Part shown: piece after piece, positions 56,075 through 64,000 of the stretch
How the letters are laid out: every line of letters starts with the position of its first letter
Numbering within the stretch: position 1 is the stretch's first letter
NCBI GenBank assembly: GCA_034189385.1
Contig: JAXHVD010000012.1
Coordinates: 32,001 to 96,000 of the forward strand
Direction: 5' to 3'
Origin: Thermodesulfobacteriota bacterium
GTDB lineage: Bacteria > Desulfobacterota > Desulfobacteria > Desulfobacterales > C00003060
DNA length: 64,000 bases
Translations under genes and position numbers: made by a program
Notes under the pieces: model-generated
The model's input: the letters and a program-made list of their open reading frames with translations, nothing else
What the model was told of the DNA's origin: nothing
Database searches by the model: none

Positions 56075-57625
56075 ATGAGGAGACTAAACGCTGCCCTGAT
56101 TATATGTCTAGGTTTCTTCTTCGGTCTATGCGGTCTTGTCCAAGGGACAGATCTTCCCACGAGATGGGATTGGAGAAACCACAACGGCGTCACAGCAGTC
56201 AGGAATCAGGGTTCCTGCGGGTCCTGTTGGGCCTTTGCCTCAGCGGCCACCATGGAATCTGCAATCCTGATCAATGACGGGTCTGAAGTCAACCTTTCCG
56301 AACAGCATCTTGTGTCCTGCAACCTTAATGGTTGGGGTTGTGGGGGTGGATGGATAGCCCTTCCATACTACTTAAATAGACAAGACTCCACCGGAGAAAT
56401 CGGCACCGTCATGGAATCGTGCTTTGCTTATTTAGCATCAAATGTAGCCTGCACGTGCGCGGGGTGTGATCGTGTTCATGAGCTTCTCGACTGGGGGCTT
56501 GTTCCCGGTGCCACTTATTGGAGTCCCCCTAGCGATGAGCAACTGAAGACCTACATCTACACCTACGGGCCTATTTTTGCTGCCTTGGACACGCACACGT
56601 GGTGTTTGCTAAACCCCAGTACGGGGGCATCGGGTTCATGCAGCGGAAATAACGGAGAGTGCAATCATGCTATTTTGATCGTGGGTTGGGATGATGATTT
56701 TAAAGGCAGTGGGAACGGATGCTGGATCATCAAGAATTCCTGGAATACGTGGTGGCAAGACGGCGGATTTGGATATGTCAAATACGGCACCGGTAGCGTG
56801 GGAACGGCCGCTTCTTGGGTAGAGTATTATGGCGCCGGTGGTCTGGAGTGCGACAACGCCATAGACCTGACCCCTTATCATCCCTATGACGGGACCACGG
56901 TAGGGGGCGCGTCCAGAGTTGATGCATATAGCTGTGACGACAACTTAACGGGCCCTGAAAAGGTCCATCGCATCACCACCACCACAGATGGTGACATTGC
57001 TGCAACGCTTAGCAATCATGCGGTCAATCTGGATGTGCTCATCCTCAGTGCCTGCGACTCTGATACCTGCTATGACTATGCCTCAGGAACTGGTAGCATC
57101 ACTGCTACCTATCCAAATGCCCCGGCAGGGACCTATTACATAGTGGTGGATGGTAGCTATGGTGCCAGCGGCTCATACACCCTCACCGTAGCAACGGGCT
57201 TAGACTGCGCAAGCGCTGTCAGCTTATCCCCCCGCGTAGCCTATGACGGGAACACGTCGGAAGGACCCTCTATGATCCATTCATATACGGGTACAGGCGG
57301 TTCTTATGAGAATATGACAGGCCCTGAGAGCCTCCATAAAATTATCGCATTCAAAGGCGGTGGAGACGTTACAGCAACCTTAAACGCCGGTCACGCATCG
57401 GGCCTTGAAGTCTTTATCGTGAGACCCTGTGACCCGGCTAGCTGCCTTGCCCATGCTTCTGGGACGGGGGAAATCACGGCGACCTATCCCAATGCTCCTG
57501 TTGGGACCTATTTTATTGTGGTAGATGGCAGCTATGGGGCCAGCGGATCATACACCCTCACTGCAAATGCCCTTTGGGCGGCAGGGAAAGGCCTGCCGTG
57601 GGTGAACTCCTTGTTGCTGGAATAG
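56075..57625 (+). CDS. Papain-family (C1A) cysteine peptidase with two PPC-like C-terminal domains
   Basis: LPTRWDWR, QGSCGSCWAF (catalytic Cys), LSEQHLVSC, NHAILIVGW (His), IKNSW (Asn); duplicated GTY(Y/F)IVVDGSYGASGSYTLT domain. Confidence 0.95.
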   Translation: MRRLNAALIICLGFFFGLCGLVQGTDLPTRWDWRNHNGVTAVRNQGSCGSCWAFASAATMESAILINDGSEVNLSEQHLVSCNLNGWGCGGGWIALPYYLNRQDSTGEIGTVMESCFAYLASNVACTCAGCDRVHELLDWGLVPGATYWSPPSDEQLKTYIYTYGPIFAALDTHTWCLLNPSTGASGSCSGNNGECNHAILIVGWDDDFKGSGNGCWIIKNSWNTWWQDGGFGYVKYGTGSVGTAASWVEYYGAGGLECDNAIDLTPYHPYDGTTVGGASRVDAYSCDDNLTGPEKVHRITTTTDGDIAATLSNHAVNLDVLILSACDSDTCYDYASGTGSITATYPNAPAGTYYIVVDGSYGASGSYTLTVATGLDCASAVSLSPRVAYDGNTSEGPSMIHSYTGTGGSYENMTGPESLHKIIAFKGGGDVTATLNAGHASGLEVFIVRPCDPASCLAHASGTGEITATYPNAPVGTYFIVVDGSYGASGSYTLTANALWAAGKGLPWVNSLLLE

Positions 57626-57787
57626 AGAAGCTAATGGGAAGGATAAAGGAAGCGATGAAATTCACACAGGGCAACCTGCTGAATAAGGGCGGTTGAATTG
57701 AAAAATGTGTTTTATATGAGCGTGCTGTGATATAATAAAGATAAATGCCTATAAAGAAATAAACAAAACATGAAGGAGGATAATGAC

Positions 57788-58126
57788 ATGAAGACAAGGA
57801 AGAAGTTGTTGGTCATGGCAGCTGTTTTTGGCGTAGTCGCCCTCTGTGCTGCAAGCGCCCATGCCGGGTGGAACTTGGCAACAGTCACACAGGCTGGTCC
57901 TGGATGGGGGACTACTTACCTTCGCCTGACGCAGGCATCACACCCTGGCAACCAGAATGGGCTCTTTACTGACAAGTGGTTTAAACCGAGAACGGATTCA
58001 GTAAAAGAAATGCTAGCCACAGCATTAACCGCAAAAACCAACAATGAGCATGTCTGGTTTTTCAGTGACTTTTCAGGCACCTATCCTTACATAAAGGCAC
58101 TGTACATGGGTCCGCCGCCCGAGTAG
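57788..58126 (+). CDS. Small secreted hypothetical protein
   Basis: GGAGGA RBS, signal peptide ending AHA, ~86-aa mature part with KEMLATALTA. Confidence 0.8.
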   Translation: MKTRKKLLVMAAVFGVVALCAASAHAGWNLATVTQAGPGWGTTYLRLTQASHPGNQNGLFTDKWFKPRTDSVKEMLATALTAKTNNEHVWFFSDFSGTYPYIKALYMGPPPE

Positions 58127-58824
58127 TAAGGCTCAAGCGTCACTGGAAAAGGACAGGATGGGGTAGGGAACAACCTACTCCATCCTTCTTGACGTTCGTA
58201 CTCACGCACGATCTTCGCTTTGGGGTTCCTGCCCATTGCAAGTGCAGGCTTAAACAATTTCCCCTGAATCCAGAACAATCTGTCGCTTGCAGGAGCAAGG
58301 CGCTTTTAATCTGCACATCAGACCCTGCCCCTCGACTCGGAAATGATTTGTAAACCCCTTCCCCCTCTGCACCAACCCTCAAGACACTTTGACTCACCAT
58401 AGCCTGGTGTATGAAGCTCGTGTATATCGACGGTGCTAAGTTGCCATAGGAATGAGCATGACCCAAGACGACTAAGGTCACTGCGGACAACGGATAACAA
58501 TGAAGGGCAAACCGTTATCGCCCAAGAACCATTCTTGCAGGGTCGCATTCTCACTGCAAACACGTGGAGGCCGCAAAGGAAACAAAATGCCTCAGCGCTT
58601 TGCGCCTTGACCGTGCGGGGCGAACAAGCCGTAAATAGGGATGACAACCTGATTCTCACCACATATGTGCAAAAAGATTTCAGTTGGTTAGCTCAGAAAC
58701 CTGCGCATTCGAACTATCTCGGACACCAATGGCTAGGGATATCTCTCTGAAATCTATTCACTTTCAACAACACCTGTTTTCACAGGAAAACACAAAAAAA
58801 CATGTTGACTATTTTTCCGGGTAT

Positions 58825-58851
58825 GTTATGAGTAGATATTCTACTCATAAC
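58825..58851. promoter_or_regulatory. Palindromic operator over the promoter of the wHTH gene
   Basis: GTTATGAGTAGA-TAT-TCTACTCATAAC (perfect 12-bp arms), downstream of TTGACT at 58805. Confidence 0.8.
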
Positions 58852-58861
58852 GAGGTCGCCG

Positions 58862-59419
58862 TTGGACAATCTATTTACAGGACTCATATCGTCAAAAACC
58901 AGGATCAAACTGCTCACCAGGTTCTTTTTCAATCCCAAGACGCGGGCATATTTGAGGGAGCTTGCCAAGGACTTTAACCTGTCCACCAACTCGGTTCGGG
59001 AAGAACTGAACCAGCTCAGTAAAACGAACCTGCTAAAATCTGAAAGAAATGGTCGCCAGGTCTATTACACTGCAAACCAGGAACATCCCTTGTTTCCCGA
59101 ACTCAAGTCTATGGTCAGCAAGGTCATGGGAATTGATCAGGTGATAGATGGTATTGCAAATAGGCTGGGCGATCTGGATTTCGCCTATGTGATTGACGAC
59201 TACGCTGAAGGCAAAGATACTGGAATCATTGATCTTTTGCTGGTAGGTGACGTCGACCACTATCATCTGAATGATTTGAGCAGAAAAACTGAACGATATA
59301 TCAAACGCAAAATCCGTTCCCTTGTCCTGAGTCGGGAGGAGTTTGAGAAGATGAAACCACAGTTGCGGCAGAAACCGCAGCTCCTTGTTTGGAAAAAACA
59401 GAGCGCTGAGGAATCATAG
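58862..59419 (+). CDS. Winged-HTH regulator fused to a nucleotidyltransferase-like domain
   Basis: SKTRIKLL..FF, YLRELA, VREELNQL, Y.AN..HPLFPEL; second domain DDYAEG..GIIDLLLVG. TTG start. Confidence 0.85.
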   Translation: MDNLFTGLISSKTRIKLLTRFFFNPKTRAYLRELAKDFNLSTNSVREELNQLSKTNLLKSERNGRQVYYTANQEHPLFPELKSMVSKVMGIDQVIDGIANRLGDLDFAYVIDDYAEGKDTGIIDLLLVGDVDHYHLNDLSRKTERYIKRKIRSLVLSREEFEKMKPQLRQKPQLLVWKKQSAEES

Positions 59420-59836
59420 GGTGACGACAATAGAGGGTTGTGACCCCAGACCCATGGGGACAAGCACAGGCATTTCTCCCCAGCCAATGCTGGTCCCGTT
59501 AGACTCCAAGGTCTATCTTAAGGGGATGCCCGTACCATAACGGTGTTACGGGGCTGCGAGTTGTGAGCTGCCACGCCCGTGAGAATCCCATAGGGCTCAG
59601 CGCCCTAGATTACGCAGCAAACTCACAAGATACAACAGAATATTGTAGAATTTCAGCTTGTTATGTTGGAACAGGCCCTGTAATTGGCGGGGCGGAGCTG
59701 TGTCTGCCCAGCAGAGTCATGAATCTCCCCTTGTTCACAAGTCAGCCCATGATTTTTGGGGTTTGTTGGCTAAGAATGACTCTGCCGATGATACTGGTCG
59801 CTCGATCCTTATCCAGATGAGCGCCTGGGAAAATAG

Positions 59837-60940
59837 ATGAAAAAGAAAGCAAAGGTCTTTGTGGCTGGCCATCGAGGCCTGGTCGGCTCAGCCATCTTGA
59901 GGCAACTGGAATCAGAAGGGTACCATAATCTGGTGGTCCGCACCCGGCGAGAAGTCGACCTTGCGAACCAGCAAGAGGCTGGGGCGTTTGTCGAAGTGGA
60001 GAAGCCGGAGTACGTGTTTTCGGCAGCCGCCAGGGTAGGCGGGATCTGGGCTAACAGTGCCTATCCGGCTGAGTTCATTTATGAGAACCTTCAAATACAA
60101 ATCAATGTCATCCACAGTGCTTATGTCCATGGTGTCTCGAAGCTCCTTGTTCTGGGCAGTTCCTGCATCTATCCTAGGCAATGTCCTCAACCCATGAAAG
60201 AGGAGTATCTCCTCACTCAGCCCCTTGAGCCCACCAACGAGGCCTATGCTATTGCCAAGATAGCAGGGATCAAGATGTGCCAGTTTTACCACCAACAATA
60301 CGGCGCCAATTTCGTCTCCGTAATGCCGACCAATCTCTTTGGCCCAGGGGACAACTTCGATCTTACCACATCCCATGTGCTGCCAGCCTTTATCCGTAAA
60401 TTCCACCTCGCCAAGCTGGCATCTCAGGGAGACTGGGAGGAAATCCAAAAAGACGAGTCACGGTTTGGAAAGATCCCGAAAGATATCATGGCCGGCCTGG
60501 TTGCCATTGCCCAGTCGCAAGGCCTGTCTATTCCAAGGTCTCTGAAGACCCAGGCCCCCGGTATGACACCTACGCCAGCCATAACCCTTTGGGGAACCGG
60601 ACGTCCCCGGCGCGAGTTCTTGTACGTCGACGATCTGGCAGATGCCTGCCTGTTTGTCATGGACCATGTTGATGCGAACTGGCTGCATGGAAAGGGAATC
60701 TCCCACCTGAATATCGGGACCGGTTCGGACATCTCCATTTCTGAACTGGCCAATATGGTCAAAGAAATCGTCGGATATGAGGGTGCCATCGCCTACGACA
60801 CCAGCAAGCCGGACGGTATGCTCCAGAAGATGCTGGATGTGAACAGACTGACCTCCCTCGGATGGAAGCATCGGACGCCCCTTCGTGAAGGGATTGAAAA
60901 GAGCTACACCTGGTATCTGGCACAGACCAAGGCCGAGTAA
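59837..60940 (+). CDS. fcl: GDP-L-fucose synthase
   Basis: VAGHRGLVGSA, GSSCIYP, LEPTNEAYAIAKIAG, MPTNLFGPGDNF, WGTG.PRREFLYVDD, KPDG. Confidence 0.97.
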   Translation: MKKKAKVFVAGHRGLVGSAILRQLESEGYHNLVVRTRREVDLANQQEAGAFVEVEKPEYVFSAAARVGGIWANSAYPAEFIYENLQIQINVIHSAYVHGVSKLLVLGSSCIYPRQCPQPMKEEYLLTQPLEPTNEAYAIAKIAGIKMCQFYHQQYGANFVSVMPTNLFGPGDNFDLTTSHVLPAFIRKFHLAKLASQGDWEEIQKDESRFGKIPKDIMAGLVAIAQSQGLSIPRSLKTQAPGMTPTPAITLWGTGRPRREFLYVDDLADACLFVMDHVDANWLHGKGISHLNIGTGSDISISELANMVKEIVGYEGAIAYDTSKPDGMLQKMLDVNRLTSLGWKHRTPLREGIEKSYTWYLAQTKAE

Positions 60941-61055
60941 GTCTGTATCAGGGTGCATCTGAGGATCTAACGGCTATCTACCTACGCCCTGCTGCCCCCC
61001 CCCTCGTCGGTAAACGGAAAGCCGTGAACTGTCAACAGAATGAATTGGAGTTGCT

Positions 61056-62243
61056 ATGTCATCGAATAATGTTGCATTGATCACGGGAATTACGGGCCAG
61101 GATGGCGCCTACCTGGCCGAAATGCTCCTCAAAAAAGGCTATGAGGTCCACGGCCTCATCCGGCGTTCCAGTACCTTCAATACTGATCGCATTGATCACA
61201 TCTACAGAGACCCTCACGTGCCAGATGCCAGACTCTTCTTGCACTACGGTGATCTTTCGGTATCAGGCCAAATGGCAGATCTCATCTACAACATACATCC
61301 CAGCGAGATCTATCACCTGGGGGCTCAAAGCCATGTGCGGGTCAGCTTTGACATGCCCGAATATACAGGTGATGTCACAGGCCTCGGTACGGTCAGACTC
61401 CTCGAGGCGATTAGAAAGACCGGTGTCAAAACCAGATTCTATCAGGCTTCCTCCAGTGAGATGTTTGGAAGCGCCCCAGCACCTCAGAATGAGCACACCC
61501 CTTTTGAGCCTCGTAGCCCTTATGCTGCGGCAAAGGTCTATGCTTACTGGCTCGTGAGGAACTACCGGGAAGGATACAACCTCTTTGCCAGCAACGGCAT
61601 CCTCTTTAACCACGAATCCCCTCTTCGCGGTGAGACGTTTGTAACCCGCAAGATCACACGAGCCGTGGCACGAATCAAGTATGGTTTTCAGGATTGCCTT
61701 TATCTGGGAAACCTAGACGCCAAAAGAGATTGGGGCTATGCCCCAGATTATGTGCAAGCCATGTGGCTTATGCTTCAACAAGATCGTCCCGGGGATTATG
61801 TGGTGGCTACCGGAGAATCCCATAGCGTTCGAGAATTCTGCGAGCAGGCCTTCAAAGAAGCTGAAATAAAGCTGGAATGGCACGGCTCCGGCACCTCAGA
61901 GGTGGGGATCATCGCAGGGATCAGTGGACATGAGGCCCCATCTGATGGTGATCTTCAGCCCGGCACACCGAATAGTGCGGGCTCTGGCCCCAAAATAGGT
62001 GGTGAAGTCGTGCGCATAGATCCTCGCTACTTCCGTCCCACAGAGGTCGAGTATCTTCTCGGCGACGCATCCAAGACCCAGAGGGAATTGGGATGGGAGC
62101 CAACGGTTACCTTCAAGCAACTTGTCAAGATCATGGTCAAAGCAGACATTCAAGAGCTGCAGAACCTTCGTCGTTGCCAGGACGTGATCGAGCGCATCAT
62201 TCATGACCAGGGGCAAAACCCACGGACCGACTCATGTTTGTAA
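61056..62243 (+). CDS. gmd: GDP-mannose 4,6-dehydratase
   Basis: [56 protein letters not shown]. Confidence 0.98.
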   Translation: MSSNNVALITGITGQDGAYLAEMLLKKGYEVHGLIRRSSTFNTDRIDHIYRDPHVPDARLFLHYGDLSVSGQMADLIYNIHPSEIYHLGAQSHVRVSFDMPEYTGDVTGLGTVRLLEAIRKTGVKTRFYQASSSEMFGSAPAPQNEHTPFEPRSPYAAAKVYAYWLVRNYREGYNLFASNGILFNHESPLRGETFVTRKITRAVARIKYGFQDCLYLGNLDAKRDWGYAPDYVQAMWLMLQQDRPGDYVVATGESHSVREFCEQAFKEAEIKLEWHGSGTSEVGIIAGISGHEAPSDGDLQPGTPNSAGSGPKIGGEVVRIDPRYFRPTEVEYLLGDASKTQRELGWEPTVTFKQLVKIMVKADIQELQNLRRCQDVIERIIHDQGQNPRTDSCL

Positions 62244-62294
62244 CGTTGCGGCAAAAGAAGACGACTTGCCTGTTACAGATTCAGGGCTCGTGAG

Positions 62295-63138
62295 ATGAAG
62301 GATAAGGCCATTACCACCAATGCTTTGCCTTGTATTTGTCCATACTCCTGAATCAAAGCTCCGCTCGCCCGTTACCATGGCCTAGGAGATGTGGCACGAT
62401 CTACTAGCTTCCCGAGAGTTGGCCTGGCGGCTAATGGTAAGGGATATCAGCGCCCAATACCGGCAGCCGGCAGTCCCTCCTGGGAGTCTTTTGGGCCTTC
62501 TTGCCCCCCATTGCAATGGCCTTGGTCTTTGTCGTCCTGAACAGCCGCAAAGTGATCAACATGGCTGAAACGAATATCCCCTATCCTGCCTTTGCCGTGT
62601 TCGGCACCGTTCTGTGGCAGGTCTTTGTAGACAGCCTCAACGCTCCACTAAAAGTGGTTGCCGCTGCAAAGCCTATGCTGGCCAAGATCAATTTTCCCAA
62701 AGAGGCACTCATACTCTCTGGACTGGGACAGACGCTGTTCAACCTTAGCATCAAGTTGGTGATTCTGATGGTGGTTATCATCCTTTTCAAAATACCCTTA
62801 ACGTGGGGAGTCCCGCTCTCCATACTGGCTATCCTGGACTTGGTCCTTTTGGGTACCATGTTTGGTCTCTTAATTACTCCCGTGGGAGTCCTTTATAAAA
62901 ACATAGCTCAAGGCCTCTCCCTGATCACCGGCCTCTGGTTTTTCGTAACTCCCGGTTGGCCATATTCAATGCCGTAAGCCCAATTCTTGTAGGCGCGAGA
63001 GATCTCGCCACGGAGCGAGTATTGCACAGTCCCATCCCATTTTTCGTGGTCACATGTACAATGCTTGTGGTGCTTTCTATCACCTGGGTGATCTATCGGC
63101 TGGCTATTCCAATTCTGGTTGAGAGGATGAGTGCGTGA
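62295..63138 (+). pseudogene. wzm: Decayed Wzm-type ABC-2 polysaccharide permease
   Basis: ASRELAWRLMVRDISAQYRQ...KINFPKEAL...VERMSA spread over several frames; in-frame TAG at 62383-62385, CCGGCAG duplication at 62460-62473, further shift near 62955. Confidence 0.88.
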
Positions 63139-63392
63139 GCCGTAACGAGGTCCCCATGAAGGCAAAGAATGTCTCCAAAAACTTTTGCAGGAGACTGAAG
63201 CGAGCCCTCTGGTACGGTGCGAAGGACTTGACTTCTGAGTTGCTGGGACCCAGCAATAGCAATGCTAAGTTGTGTGATGAGTTTCGGACGGTCAAGAGTA
63301 CACTGATCAAGCTGCTGAATGGCCTGATGATATGCAAGCGGGAACTATTCCCGATTGGATGGCTGGGAGAAGCTATCGAACACTCTGATTGA
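63135..63392 (+). pseudogene. wzt: Remnant of a Wzt-type ABC ATPase
   Basis: NVSKNFCRRLKRALWYG...EF joined almost directly to KSTLIKLLNGL (most of Walker A and the segment before it deleted), then truncated. Confidence 0.8.
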
Positions 63393-63399
63393 TAAAGGT

Positions 63400-64000
63400 A
63401 TGACAAAACCGGATAAAGACAACGCGACTTCGCCGTTCATCCACATTAGGGCCAGGAAGGGTTGGGAACTCATAGACTTCAGCGAGCTGAAGGAATATAG
63501 AGATTTATTCTACTTCCTTGTTCTTAGAGATATCAAAGTAAGGTACAAACAAACTGTACTCGGCGGGTTATGGGCTATCATTAGGCCTTTTTTTTCAATG
63601 GTGGTATTTACCCTTTTTTTTGGAAAACTCGCCAAGATGCCCTCAGACGGCGTTCCCTATCCTGTCTTCAATTATACTGCAATGGTAGCATGGACCTATT
63701 TCGCTGGCGCAGTTAGTGGTGCTGGAAACAGTGTCATAGGAAATGCAAATCTAATCTCCAAGGTATACTTCCCAAGACTGATCATTCCTTCATCACGAGT
63801 CCTGGCAGGCTTGCTGGACTTCTCCATTGCCTTCTTCGTACTAATAGGCATGATGCTCTATTTCCACATCTATCCCACCCCGATGATGCTTTTTGTTCCT
63901 GTTTTAGTTTTTCTGATGATTTTTAGTGCCACCGGCGTCGGTACATTTCTGGCTGCACTAAACACCAAATACAGAGACATCAGATATACTATACCATTTC
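63400..64000 (+). CDS. wzm: Wzm-type ABC-2 permease (open to the window end)
   Basis: ATG 63400; ELKEYRDLFYFLVLRDIKVRYKQTVLG, LISKVYFPRLIIP, ALNTKYRD; no stop before 64000. Confidence 0.92.
   Translation, partial: MTKPDKDNATSPFIHIRARKGWELIDFSELKEYRDLFYFLVLRDIKVRYKQTVLGGLWAIIRPFFSMVVFTLFFGKLAKMPSDGVPYPVFNYTAMVAWTYFAGAVSGAGNSVIGNANLISKVYFPRLIIPSSRVLAGLLDFSIAFFVLIGMMLYFHIYPTPMMLFVPVLVFLMIFSATGVGTFLAALNTKYRDIRYTIPF

Noticed and set aside
58127..58800. Short overlapping ORFs between the secreted protein and the wHTH gene
   Set aside because: No RBS or motif support; probably decayed or non-coding DNA.
59686..59702. GGCGGGGCGGAGCTG as an ops/JUMPstart element before fcl
   Set aside because: Does not match GGCGGTAG and no RfaH-like gene is in view.
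60410..60580. Insertion in Fcl (and a similar one in Gmd near 61915-62000) as an intein or intron
   Set aside because: Short, in frame, no splicing motifs; consistent with variable loops in these enzymes.

Overview
Bacterial chromosomal window, most likely from an anaerobic deltaproteobacterium of the Desulfobacterales type (inferred from gene content and style, not from a search). From left to right: a housekeeping block (3' end of ppdK, cysteine desulfurase, AsmA-like protein, alpha/beta hydrolase, AmrS radical SAM, methyltransferase, ssb, tatA, a short MetE-core/MesB-like methionine synthase, FKBP PPIase); a ~14 kb co-directional run joining a GldA/F/G-like ABC system and DUF4340 to MoxR-DUF58-BatA-E, with short-period inverted-repeat elements at four junctions; a secreted FN3 + 8x93-aa Ig-like repeat protein divergent from a PilZ gene; a radical SAM gene and a dcw cluster (mraZ to ftsZ, no ddl) plus mltG; a broken hybrid histidine kinase; a second FN3 protein under a c-di-GMP-I riboswitch, divergent from a chagasin inhibitor/papain protease pair; and the start of a polysaccharide locus (wHTH/NTase-like regulator, fcl, gmd, decayed wzm/wzt, a second wzm running off the end). 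The most interesting signal is two separate loci with the same layout (back-to-back sigma54 promoters, a shared TTAC-N6/7-GTAA-like motif, c-di-GMP links). Both encode secreted proteins whose N-terminal FN3 domain seems to lack its first strand, and one ends in a lone FN3 first-strand motif. This suggests a donor-strand-assembled surface fibre, which is a hypothesis. No rRNA, tRNA, CRISPR array or intact transposase was seen.
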